Source: Clostridiales bacterium (GTDB lineage Bacteria; Bacillota; Peptococcia; Peptococcales; Peptococcaceae). From it: 38,466 bases of DNA. The stretch spans positions 1-38,466 of the forward strand of contig QAKL01000101.1 of NCBI GenBank assembly GCA_003343815.1, in the 5' to 3' direction. A model generated the notes under the pieces. The model worked only from the letters and a program-made list of their open reading frames with translations, was not told the DNA's origin and did not search any database. Both the position numbers and the translations under genes were made by a program. Shown piece after piece: positions 26,001-34,201 of the stretch (position 1 is the stretch's first letter; each line of letters opens with the position of its first letter).

Positions 26001-28831
26001 TCCCGGCGTTATTAGGATTAAGTGCAGCGTTTACGCTTTTAGGAATTGGGGTCGCCGGAATCGGAGCGGGGTTGGCTTTGGCGGCGGCAGGAATTGCGAC
26101 TTTTGCTACGGCAAGTGCGGTCGGAGCGGCGGCGATAGCAACCTCGCTTGGAGCGATCGTGGTGGCGATAGCAGGGTTAGTGCCAACGATTGCTGTTACA
26201 GTAGCGAACGGTGTTATTGCTTTTGTCCAAGCGATAGGAGCAGGTGCGCCGATACTGATTACGGCAGTAGTTGATATTTTAAATGCGGTGCTTACGGCGG
26301 TAGAAGAAGTCGTCCCCAAAGCAGTAACGGTCGTGGTTGATATTTTACTGTATCTTTTGGATACGATACAAGCCAAACTGCCGTTATTTATGGATGTCGG
26401 GGCAGATTTGATCGTTAAATTCCTCCATGGAGTAGAGGAACATTTGCCCGAGGTGGTGCAGGCAGGATTTGATCTGGTAGTTGGTTTTCTAAACTCGATG
26501 GCAGATAGTATGCGCAAAAATGCGCCTATTTTAGGCGAGGCTATTGCTAATGTGGTGACTGCGCTATTAGATGCGGCAATCGGGATAATTTTCGGATTTG
26601 GCAATAAATTTGTCGAAGCCGGAGGCGAAAGTGTCGAGCATTTCATCAAGGGTATAGATGAGATGCGTGATACAGTGAAAGAAGCGGTTAAAGGCATTGC
26701 GCTTGCGGCAGTGGAGACGGTCAAAAATGCATGGGCGGATTTCAAGGCAGCAGGTAAATATGTCATCGACGGATTATTAAACGGTATCAGGGATAAGAAA
26801 AATGCGCTGGTCGATGGGGCGAAGAATGCGGCGAATAGTATTTTAAACGCAATGGAAAATACGCTGGAAATTAATTCACCGTCGAAAAAGACTTATCAAA
26901 TCGGTGTCTATACGATGTTAGGCTTGATTAATGCGCTAAAAGCAATGAAAAATAAGCTCTCGGCACAGACGAAAAATACGATTAATGATGGATTGCTCGC
27001 GCCGATGAACGAGTTGGTCGACGAGACGGCTGAGGAAATGATATTTGGCGCTGAGGCGATGAAAGCGTTTGTCGAGCAGTATGCAGCGCTTTTAAGCGTG
27101 ATGAAATATACGGACTACATCGAAAAGGCACGCGACGCGATAACTGACTATGGTGTCAAACTCTACGAGGAAAGCGAACAGTATCAGAATGACGCGGAGG
27201 AGTTAGAGAATTATCAAAATGATTTAATAGAATTGACTGAGCTGCGCGATGAGGTACAAAAGAAACTCGAGACACAAAGTGCGGAGCGCAAGGCGATGTC
27301 GGCGGATGAGGTCGCGCAATTACAGAGTGATTTAGCGGATATTGAAAGCTCTATCGAGGATACGACGCAGGCGATCGAGGATACGCAAAGCCAAATGGCG
27401 GAGCATATTGCTGATATTTACGAAAATTTGCGCAGCTCGATTAAGGAGAAATTGGCTGACAGTATGGATCCGCTTAGTTTGGATATCACAAGCGGGGTTG
27501 ATATTTTCAAAAGCTTTGAGAAAAACGAGGCGATCAGTGCGAATGAGCTTTTGGATAATATGTATTCTCAGCTTGATGGTGTCCGTGAGTGGCGGGATAA
27601 TCTGAACGCATTGGCGGCGAGCGGGCTCGATAGCGGTTTGGTTGATATTTTAAAGAACCTCGGTATTGACGGAGCAAATTATGTCGATACTTTTATGAGC
27701 ATGACGACCGAACAGATGGAGGCGGCAAATCAAGCATTTATCGAATCCAGCCATTTAACGAGCGAAACACTACTTAGTAATTTTAGTGATACGCTAAATA
27801 ATACTAAAGAATGGGTCGGCAAGATTCAGACGTTAGCAGCAAGCGGACTAAACCAAGCGGTGGTCGAGGGCTTGGGCAAGATGGGCGTAAGCGGAAGTGA
27901 GTATGTAGACGCATTTCTCGGGATGAGCTATGCGGAGATCCAAGAATTTAATGCGCAGTATGCGGAATATTTGAAACTGCCGGAAGAGGCGGCGGATAGT
28001 GTGATTGCGTCGTTTGCCTTTGCCGGGACGAACTCGGCGGCGGAATTCAGAGCGTCGTTAGAAGAAACGTTTGATCCGGAGTCGGAGGTGGCGCAGGGAA
28101 TCGTCGATAATTTGCTTGCTTTAGGCGAGAAGATGGCGGAAAAGCTCCAAAGCGGAATTGCAGCGAAAGAAAGTGCGGTTGAGGATACGGCATATACGCT
28201 GGGTAAGAGTACCTATGACGGGGTAAATAAAAATGTCTCGGAGAAAAAAGGGCGCAGTTTAGCTGACATGATGAGTAAAGGTTTAATCGGCGGCTTATAT
28301 AATAACCAAAACGCGGTGAAAACGGCGGCGGAAGCAGTGGCACGCTCGGCGTATACGGCGGCGATGAATGCATTAGAAATCCACTCGCCGTCGAAAGCGT
28401 TTGCGAGATTAGGAATGTATGCTGACGCGGGACTGGCAAATGGATTTACGAAATTTGCCTATACGGCGATCGGCGCGGCGAAAGATATGGGCGAGAACTC
28501 GGTAAAAGCATTAAGTAGGACGCTTAGTCAAGTGAATAAGGTGATTAACGGCGAGGTCGAGCTAAATCCGACGATCAGACCGGTATTGGATCTAACGGAT
28601 GTGGAGAGTAAGAGCCGTAGACTCAATGTACTTTTGAGCCGCGAGCAGGCGTATAGTGTAAATACAATGATGAAAGCTAATGATGTGTCGGAAATTCAAA
28701 ATGGCGGAAATGGCGAAAAAAGCGGTAATAATTACAGCTTTATCCAGAACAATTATTCTCCGAAAGCACTGTCGAAGGCTGATATTTATCGTGCGACTAA
28801 GAATCAGTTTGCACAGATCAAAGGGGTGTAG
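23057..28831 (+). CDS. Tail tape measure protein (~1925 aa)
   Basis: GTG 23057 lies ~10 nt after GGAGGGAGG; ATG 23036 is an alternative start. The protein has a coiled-coil N-terminus and a very long Ala/Gly-rich hydrophobic core. Two SPSK motifs are present (LEINSPSKK, LEIHSPSKA), plus an internal duplicated segment. Confidence 0.9.
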   Translation: MSEVIDEKVVEMRFDNRDFEENAAKSMSTIGKLKQSLNMDGATKGLENVDKAAKNIDLSGVSNAAETVRLKFSAMEVVGVTALANIANRAMYTGESMVKALTTDSVKAGLAEYEMQMNSIQTIMANTQSKGTTLKDINQTLDELNTYADLTIYNFSQMTRNIGTFTAAGVDLDTSVSAIKGIANLAAVSGSTSQQASLGMYQLSQAIAAGTVKLQDWNSVVNAGMGGEVFQNALKDTARVHGIAIDEIIQKEGSFRESLHTGWLSSEMLTETLAKFTGDLSEAELKAIGYTDEQTAAILQMGVTANEAATKVKTFSQLVDTIQEAVGSGWALTWRTVIGDFEEARELYTGINDVISGMINNSSAARNDMLKLWKDMGGRTALIESAKNAFEALVKVITPIKEAFREIFPKTTALNLYVLTMHLRDFTKELAISDESAENLKNTFKGLFSILGVIKKVAAGLLGLISPVVKIMASLGAMVLNVTGNIGNLLSALGEKFNTEGLEKLNDFLESVHKKLEEIYQSISGARKSVGDTISETGEKIEKSKIGECLTAIGSAIKTLGSGVLNAFSTALTTLTNAVSNADFTNLTAFINALAFGGLSSALYAFSVNGILDDLRDTLKLYQTILNAKALLNIAKAIGILAASLLVMSLIDTGKLAGTVAAMGVLFAELGLMIKAFAGGGNLKDVIAGNIALSGVAGSLVSIASAMFILAMAVKSLGELDFKQLAVGVAGVGSLMAMMTATAKVMASGGKTVIKGTTSMVIFAASVKVLASACKDLAAMKFGEMTKGLVGMGALLAELSIFLNKTGGQVKLLAVSTAMVGIGVSMKIFASSMSDLGALSWGEIARGLAAMAGALVAITAALKLMPKGSLIQGTELVAVSGALIILAGALDRMGGMSWDEIGHGLVVLGGALAILAVGLKAMQGTMVGAAAMTLAAGAVGTLAPMLAILGAMKLGAIGKSLVALGGAFTVLGVAGAVLGPVIPALLGLSAAFTLLGIGVAGIGAGLALAAAGIATFATASAVGAAAIATSLGAIVVAIAGLVPTIAVTVANGVIAFVQAIGAGAPILITAVVDILNAVLTAVEEVVPKAVTVVVDILLYLLDTIQAKLPLFMDVGADLIVKFLHGVEEHLPEVVQAGFDLVVGFLNSMADSMRKNAPILGEAIANVVTALLDAAIGIIFGFGNKFVEAGGESVEHFIKGIDEMRDTVKEAVKGIALAAVETVKNAWADFKAAGKYVIDGLLNGIRDKKNALVDGAKNAANSILNAMENTLEINSPSKKTYQIGVYTMLGLINALKAMKNKLSAQTKNTINDGLLAPMNELVDETAEEMIFGAEAMKAFVEQYAALLSVMKYTDYIEKARDAITDYGVKLYEESEQYQNDAEELENYQNDLIELTELRDEVQKKLETQSAERKAMSADEVAQLQSDLADIESSIEDTTQAIEDTQSQMAEHIADIYENLRSSIKEKLADSMDPLSLDITSGVDIFKSFEKNEAISANELLDNMYSQLDGVREWRDNLNALAASGLDSGLVDILKNLGIDGANYVDTFMSMTTEQMEAANQAFIESSHLTSETLLSNFSDTLNNTKEWVGKIQTLAASGLNQAVVEGLGKMGVSGSEYVDAFLGMSYAEIQEFNAQYAEYLKLPEEAADSVIASFAFAGTNSAAEFRASLEETFDPESEVAQGIVDNLLALGEKMAEKLQSGIAAKESAVEDTAYTLGKSTYDGVNKNVSEKKGRSLADMMSKGLIGGLYNNQNAVKTAAEAVARSAYTAAMNALEIHSPSKAFARLGMYADAGLANGFTKFAYTAIGAAKDMGENSVKALSRTLSQVNKVINGEVELNPTIRPVLDLTDVESKSRRLNVLLSREQAYSVNTMMKANDVSEIQNGGNGEKSGNNYSFIQNNYSPKALSKADIYRATKNQFAQIKGV

Positions 28832-28837
28832 GATAAG

Positions 28838-29761
28838 ATGATCAAAAGCTTTACGATTGTGAATTTTTTAGGGGAGAGTTTGAAATTGGAGTTGGGAAGT
28901 CCGGAGAAATCCGGCTTTCTGATCCAATCGGTGACAGGGATCGGTCCTGCGAAAGCGGATATTAATAAAACGGAAGTGGCGACTAATGACGGGGCGCTCT
29001 ATAACTCTGCGCGGGTAAACAGCCGCAATATCGTATTTAATTTTATATTTACCGAGACGGAAGACGGAGAGTCGATCGAGGATGTCAGGCATAAGTCGTA
29101 TAAATATTTTCCGTTAAAAAAGGGTGTGGATATTATCATCGAGACGGATAAGCGTCTCTTGAAAGCGAGCGGCTATGTGGAGTCGAACGAGGTGAATATT
29201 TTTAGCCAAAGGGAAAGCGCGCAGGTCTCAATCGTGTGTCCGGATCCGTATTTTTATTCGTACGGAGAGGGCGGGATCATTAAGACGATATTTTACGGTG
29301 TGGAGCCGAAGTTTGAATTTCCCTTTGCAAATGAGTCGTACGAGGAAAAGACGATGGTCATGGGTGAGCTTTTGAGTAAGACCAAGAGCGTGATTTATTA
29401 TCCCGGGGATAGTGAGGTCGGGATCATGATTTATATTCACGCTTTAGATGAGGCGGTGAATCCGTTTATCTATAATATCCGCACCAATGAGCGAATGACA
29501 ATCAATACAGAGAGATTAAAAACATTGACGGGAAGTGCGTTGGTTGGCGGTGATGATATTGTCATCAATACGGCTAAGGGAGAGAAGAGCATCATCCTGA
29601 AGCGCGATAATAAGGAATATAATATTTTGAATTGCTTGGGGAGAGATACGGACTGGTTTCTGCTTTCAAAAGGGGATAATGTGTTTGCTTTCGGAGCGGA
29701 GGACGGGACGGCGAATCTGCAGTTTTATATCGAAAACAAGGTGGTTTATGAGGGAGTGTGA
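28838..29761 (+). CDS. Distal tail protein (Dit)
   Basis: The gene lies directly after the TMP. The N-terminus FTIVNFLGESLKLELG...GFLIQSVTGIGPAKADIN is a typical siphovirus tail-component start. Confidence 0.75.
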   Translation: MIKSFTIVNFLGESLKLELGSPEKSGFLIQSVTGIGPAKADINKTEVATNDGALYNSARVNSRNIVFNFIFTETEDGESIEDVRHKSYKYFPLKKGVDIIIETDKRLLKASGYVESNEVNIFSQRESAQVSIVCPDPYFYSYGEGGIIKTIFYGVEPKFEFPFANESYEEKTMVMGELLSKTKSVIYYPGDSEVGIMIYIHALDEAVNPFIYNIRTNERMTINTERLKTLTGSALVGGDDIVINTAKGEKSIILKRDNKEYNILNCLGRDTDWFLLSKGDNVFAFGAEDGTANLQFYIENKVVYEGV

Positions 29762-30855
29762 TGAAAATGGAGCTGGTGGTGCTGGATGAAAGCTTTCAGT
29801 CGGTGGCGGTCATCGACTCCTATAAATCGCTGATCTGGGCTGACCGCTATAATGAGTACGGAGATTTTGAATTATATTTGCGGATGGATAATGATCTGCT
29901 TAAATTTATCAAAGAGGATTATTATTTGTGGCGCAAAGACTCGGAGCATTTGATGATCATCGAAAGTTTGGCGATTGACTCGGATGTGGAGGAGGGAAAT
30001 TATCTCACGGTGAAAGGGCGGTCGCTGGAATCAATCCCGGAAAGGCGCATCATTTGGGGGCAGACGATCATCGAGGGCGGTTTGCAGTTGATCATTAGGG
30101 AATTTTTAAATGAGTGTATTATTGCGCCTGCCATCGCAGAGAGGAAGATAGATAATTTTATTTTCAAAATGTCTGACGATGAGCGAATTACGAAGCTAAT
30201 GGGCAGTGTGCAGTATAACGGAGATAATTTGTATGATGTGATAAAGAGTTTGTGCTTGACGAATAAGCTGGGATTCAAAATAGTTTTGGATGAAGAGAAT
30301 CGTTTTGTTTTTAGTTTATATATGGGGACTGATCGCTCGTATGCCCAAGAAGCGAATCCGTATGTGGTTTTTTCGCCAAAGTACGAAAATATTATCAACA
30401 GCAATTTTTACACCTCGAAGGCGGAGATGAAAAATGTGGCGTTTGTCGCCGGAGAGGGCGAGGGTGCTAAGCGGAAAAAAGCGATCGTCTATGAGGGCGA
30501 GGCGCCTCAAGGACTATCACGGCGAGAGATATTTACAGACGCGAGGGATATTTCCACGACTACGGACGGTGAGGAATTGACCGAAACAGAATATCAGGCG
30601 CAGTTGGAAAACCGCGGGAAAGAGGCTTTAAGCGAATGCGGGATAAAAACGGCATTTGAGGGCGAGGTCGAAACGACGCGGCTGTTTCGCTATGGCGAGG
30701 ATTTCTTTTTGGGGGATATTATTCAGATTACGAATGAATACGGGCACGAGGCGGCTGCGTATATTTCGGAAGTGGTTACTTCAGAAGATGAAGAGGGATT
30801 GAAAATTTATCCGACATTTCAAATGATCGAGAAAACGGAAGAAAAGGAGGGATAG
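29758..30855 (+). CDS. Siphovirus Gp37-like (ReqiPepy6 Gp37 family) baseplate/Tal-position protein
   Basis: LVVLDESFQSVAVIDSYKSLIWADRYNEYGDFELYL is the characteristic N-terminus of this family. Confidence 0.7.
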   Translation: MMKMELVVLDESFQSVAVIDSYKSLIWADRYNEYGDFELYLRMDNDLLKFIKEDYYLWRKDSEHLMIIESLAIDSDVEEGNYLTVKGRSLESIPERRIIWGQTIIEGGLQLIIREFLNECIIAPAIAERKIDNFIFKMSDDERITKLMGSVQYNGDNLYDVIKSLCLTNKLGFKIVLDEENRFVFSLYMGTDRSYAQEANPYVVFSPKYENIINSNFYTSKAEMKNVAFVAGEGEGAKRKKAIVYEGEAPQGLSRREIFTDARDISTTTDGEELTETEYQAQLENRGKEALSECGIKTAFEGEVETTRLFRYGEDFFLGDIIQITNEYGHEAAAYISEVVTSEDEEGLKIYPTFQMIEKTEEKEG

Positions 30856-30859
30856 GACT

Positions 30860-31909
30860 TTGAGTGTGACTTATGGATTTTTTAATTCGCTCAATGGCGA
30901 CCGCAAATATGATGCGCTGCAATTATCGAGTATGTTCGACGGCGTGATTTTAGACGGGGTGTTCGCTTCAATCGGCGAATGTTTTTTGACAAAGGCTGCG
31001 GACGGACTGGCGGTGAATATCGGCACGGGAAAGGCTTGGTTTGATCATACTTGGATATTAAACGACGCGGGGTTTAAGGTGGATATTCCCGAGGCGGACG
31101 GATTGTTGGACCGAATTGATGCAGTAGTGCTGGATATTGACAACACGGAGAGTGTCCGCGCGAACTCGATAAAAATCGTGCAGGGGACTCCGGCGACAAA
31201 TCCTGCAGCGCCGGAAATGATAAGCGTCCGCAATCATCATCAGCATCCGATCTGTTATATCCGAGTAGCTGCGGCGGCAAAGTCGATTCGGCAGGCGGAT
31301 ATTACGAATAAGGTGGGAACTACTGAGACGCCGTTTGTGAGTGGAGTGCTGCAGACGATTGATCTGGATAAGCTTTTGGGACAGTGGCAGGATGAGCTGG
31401 ATCAATTTGTTGAAAATGAAACCAGCGATTTTACCGACTGGACGGAGGCAAAGGCTGCGGAGTATGAGGCATGGTTTGCGGGATTAAAGGCGGATCTCGT
31501 GAGTGAAAAAGAGGCGATGAATGCATGGATCAGTAACGAAGAAAGTGCGTTTACTGATTGGTTTAATCAGATGAAAGATCAATTGAGCGAGGACGCTGCG
31601 GGAAATCTGCAATTGCAGGTGGATAAAAAGACGGAGCGGAAAAGCTATCAAATATCATTGGCTGCTGATATTTGGTCGGAAAGTAGCCCCTATGTGCAAA
31701 ATGTGACTCTTGCTGATATTTTAGCGGGTGATATGGTTTTCTTACAGCCAAATGTGGCTGATATTTCGGATAATGCGGCGAAACAGGCGGTAATCGAGGC
31801 GTGGGGAATGGTGTCGTTTGTGAGTGTTACAAATGGGAAACTCACCTTTACTGCTTTGGAAGAATGCCCCGAGGTTGCGATTCCTTTAGATGTCGGGGTG
31901 ATCAGATGA
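30860..31909 (+). CDS. Tail fibre / receptor-binding-like structural protein
   Basis: TTG 30860 lies 9 nt after AAGGAGG. YGFFNSLNGDRKYDALQLSSMFDGVILDGV...GKAWFDHTW...RIDAVVLDID is a recurrent phage fibre N-domain. Confidence 0.55.
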   Translation: MSVTYGFFNSLNGDRKYDALQLSSMFDGVILDGVFASIGECFLTKAADGLAVNIGTGKAWFDHTWILNDAGFKVDIPEADGLLDRIDAVVLDIDNTESVRANSIKIVQGTPATNPAAPEMISVRNHHQHPICYIRVAAAAKSIRQADITNKVGTTETPFVSGVLQTIDLDKLLGQWQDELDQFVENETSDFTDWTEAKAAEYEAWFAGLKADLVSEKEAMNAWISNEESAFTDWFNQMKDQLSEDAAGNLQLQVDKKTERKSYQISLAADIWSESSPYVQNVTLADILAGDMVFLQPNVADISDNAAKQAVIEAWGMVSFVSVTNGKLTFTALEECPEVAIPLDVGVIR

Positions 31910-32229
31910 TTGAGATAGGCTCGCAAATGCTGGTCACAATTATTTGTGCGGCGCTTGCCTCATCAGGATTTTGGGCGTATATGACGAAACGCGCGGAGAA
32001 GAAAGATGTAAAGACCGAGATGCTGATCGGATTGGGACACGATCGGATCATGTATCTGGGGATGGGGTATATTGAGCGCGGATATATTACGAGTGATGAG
32101 TATGAGAATTTGTATGAATATTTGTACAAGCCGTATGAAAAAATGGGCGGTAACGGCTCAGCGAAGAGGATCATGAAAGAGGTTGAGAAGCTGCCGATTC
32201 ATAAAATAGTAAATAATGAGGAGGAATAA
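31906..32229 (+). CDS. Single-TM membrane protein, holin-associated position
   Basis: An ATGA overlap joins it to the upstream stop. The TM segment is QMLVTIICAALASSGFWAYM. The real start is ATG 31906, not the track start at 31801. Confidence 0.5.
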   Translation: MIEIGSQMLVTIICAALASSGFWAYMTKRAEKKDVKTEMLIGLGHDRIMYLGMGYIERGYITSDEYENLYEYLYKPYEKMGGNGSAKRIMKEVEKLPIHKIVNNEEE

Positions 32230-32231
32230 AA

Positions 32232-32441
32232 ATGATTTTTAGTAATAAGACTTATGATATTTTGAAATGGATCGCGATGTATTTGATCCCGGCGGCAGGT
32301 ACTTTATATTTCGCACTGGCAAACATTTGGAATCTGCCGTATGGGGAAGAGGTCGTAGGGACACTGACGGCGGTGGATACATTTTTGGGTGTGCTGCTTG
32401 GTATCAGTACGAATCAGTATAACAAAAATTTGTCGAAGTAG
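32232..32441 (+). CDS. Holin, Dp-1 family-like
   Basis: The 69-aa product reads KTYDILKWIAMYLIPAAGTLYFALANIWNLPYGEEVVGTLTAVDTFLGVLLGIS. It has two hydrophobic segments and a Dp-1 holin pattern. Confidence 0.7.
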   Translation: MIFSNKTYDILKWIAMYLIPAAGTLYFALANIWNLPYGEEVVGTLTAVDTFLGVLLGISTNQYNKNLSK

Positions 32442-32453
32442 GAGGTGCGCTGG

Positions 32454-32648
32454 ATGAAAGAGGTGCCTATTTGGGAGAAGAGCAATTTGACATTGGAAGA
32501 AGCGGCAGCGTACTCGGGGATCGGGATTAATAAGCTGCGTACGCTGAGCGATGAGGAGGATTGCAATTTTGTGTTATGGGTGGGAAGTAAGAGGTTGATC
32601 AAGCGAAGGGCGTTTGATAGATTTATTGAAAGTGCTTTTTCAATTTGA
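32454..32648 (+). CDS. xis: Excisionase, Tn916 Xis-like
   Basis: MKEVPIWEKSNLTLEEAAAYSGIGINKLRTL...LIKRRAFDRFIE parallels Tn916 Xis ([29 protein letters not shown]...IKRKQFEKII, from memory). ATG 32454 follows GGAGGTG. Confidence 0.75.
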   Translation: MKEVPIWEKSNLTLEEAAAYSGIGINKLRTLSDEEDCNFVLWVGSKRLIKRRAFDRFIESAFSI

Positions 32649-32650
32649 TA

Positions 32651-32679
32651 TTGGTTATGGAGCTCTGATGTGGTATAAT
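32651..32679 (+). promoter_or_regulatory. Putative promoter for int
   Basis: The -35 is TTGGTT (32651-32656), followed by a 17-nt spacer and an extended -10, TGgTATAAT (32671-32679). Confidence 0.45.
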
Positions 32680-32696
32680 TAATTATCATATTGGGG

Positions 32697-32720
32697 CTCT
32701 TTCTTTGTTTAAGAAAGGAG
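32697..32720 (+). promoter_or_regulatory. Hairpin occluding the int Shine-Dalgarno
   Basis: CTCTTTCTT (32697-32705) pairs with AAGAAAGGAG (32711-32720) with one bulged G. The loop is tgttt. The 3' arm contains the SD AAAGGAG of int. Confidence 0.4.
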
Positions 32721-32726
32721 AACACT

Positions 32727-33878
32727 ATGTCTGAGAAGAGAAAGGATAATCGAGGACGAATTTTACGGACGGGAGAGAGCCAGAGAAAAGACGGAACGTA
32801 TCAATATCGCTATGCTGATATTTTTGGTACCCGGCGCTATATTTATGATGCCAATTTAAACAAGCTCAGAGAAAAAGAGAAAGATGTTCAAAAACAGTTG
32901 GATCAAGGTCTTGATTATGCGAATGGAAAGATGACTGTAGTTGGACTATATGAGCAATATGTGAGTACAAAAAGAAATACGCGCGAGAATACAAAGAAAT
33001 CGTATGCTTATTTTGCCAAAATGTTGCATAATGACACTTTTGGTAGAAAAGAAATATTAAAAGTAAAAACTTTAGATGTAAAGAAGTGGCTTATAAAATT
33101 GCACGATAGTGGATTAAGCTATGGTACTTTAAATACATTAAAAGTTGTTGTAGGCGGAGCGTTTAAAATGGCGTGTGAAGAAAATATTATTTTGAAGAAT
33201 CCTTGTGCTTTTCCGCTGAGCAGTATAATAAGCAATGATGCGAATAAAAAAGAAGTGTTGTCTTTAGAACAGCAAAAAGAATTTCTGTCTTTTGTTAGAG
33301 ATGATGCATGGGGCAGTAAGTGTTATGATATAATAGTTGTATTGTTAAACACAGGTATGAGAATAGGCGAGCTTAGCGGATTGACTATTGATGATGTAGA
33401 TTTTGAAAGACGCAGGATAAAAATAGATCACCAATTACAATATTATGATAAAAAGGGGTATACGGTTGAAAAAGCAAAATCAAAAAGCGGTAATCGGGTG
33501 ATTCCAATGAGCGACGATGTATATGATTCATTGAAGCGATTATTGAAAAAACGCAATCAAATTGAGCGAGAGTTTGATGATTATGTTTTCTTAAATCGCA
33601 ACGGACGTCCGATTAGGAGTACAACATTTTCAAATTCTTTGAGGCAAATAAGAAAAAGATATAATGAAATCCATCAAGATAATCCATTGCCGAATATTAC
33701 TCCGCATAGTTTTAGGCATATGTTTTGCTCAAACATGGTTAATGCAAAAATGAATGCAAAAATGCTGCAATACATTATGGGTCATGCTGATATTTCGGTG
33801 ACTTTAAATGTGTATTCTCATATTGATTACGATACTGTTGAGAAAAGTATGCTTGATATTTTAAACGTAAAGAATTAG
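32727..33878 (+). CDS. int: Tyrosine integrase, Tn916 Int-like
   Basis: The N-terminus MSEKRKDNRGRILRTGESQRKDGTYQYRY is nearly identical in pattern to Int-Tn916. The catalytic region shows TGMRIGEL, HSFRHMF, GHADISVTLNVYSH. ATG 32727 follows AAAGGAG. The gene is AT-rich. Confidence 0.9.
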   Translation: MSEKRKDNRGRILRTGESQRKDGTYQYRYADIFGTRRYIYDANLNKLREKEKDVQKQLDQGLDYANGKMTVVGLYEQYVSTKRNTRENTKKSYAYFAKMLHNDTFGRKEILKVKTLDVKKWLIKLHDSGLSYGTLNTLKVVVGGAFKMACEENIILKNPCAFPLSSIISNDANKKEVLSLEQQKEFLSFVRDDAWGSKCYDIIVVLLNTGMRIGELSGLTIDDVDFERRRIKIDHQLQYYDKKGYTVEKAKSKSGNRVIPMSDDVYDSLKRLLKKRNQIEREFDDYVFLNRNGRPIRSTTFSNSLRQIRKRYNEIHQDNPLPNITPHSFRHMFCSNMVNAKMNAKMLQYIMGHADISVTLNVYSHIDYDTVEKSMLDILNVKN

Positions 33879-34040
33879 GTTTTGCTGATATTTTGTTCGT
33901 TACTTACGAAGTGGCTACACCATTTTTACACCATTTGACGGAGATTTTGTGTAGATTTAAGCGTATTTATGCAGACAATTATGATTTTTAACGGTGAAAG
34001 AATGCGATAAATATCATGTTTTGTAGGGTTACAAAGAATG

Positions 34041-34111
34041 TTTGGCAAAATAAAAGCAATTACCATTTATTATTGACGGAAATGTGAAAAATACTTGCTC
34101 ATTTTGCCAAA
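34041..34111. repeat. 11-bp perfect inverted repeat pair, function unknown
   Basis: TTTGGCAAAAT (34041-34051) and ATTTTGCCAAA (34101-34111) are separated by 49 bp. They lie between int and the host SBP gene. Confidence 0.6.
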
Positions 34112-34201
34112 TAAGTATATGATAAGCTTAAATATTCGGCTTATGGGGAATAAATCTGCCTAAACCGAGCAATACTTATTTAATGAAAGGAATGTGGTAA
34201 A

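Larger units (their letters stand above)
1..33900 (+). mobile_element. Integrated temperate siphovirus-type prophage (right portion; left end outside the window)
   Basis: A continuous set of phage genes ends in xis-int. Host-type genes start at 34202. The right boundary is only approximate, and attR was not identified. Confidence 0.8.

Noticed and set aside
24922-26766. A 614-aa ORF on the minus strand inside the tape measure gene
   Set aside because: It is a shadow ORF. It lies antisense to the Ala/Gly-rich TMP core, has low-complexity A/P/S/T composition and no SD, and is fully contained in a well-supported + strand gene.
33879-34201. tRNA gene or riboswitch (e.g. TPP) between int and the THI5-like SBP gene
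   Set aside because: No cloverleaf-compatible segment or conserved TPP-box-like sequence (CUGAGA / ACCUGA) is visible. The region is just AT-rich spacer.
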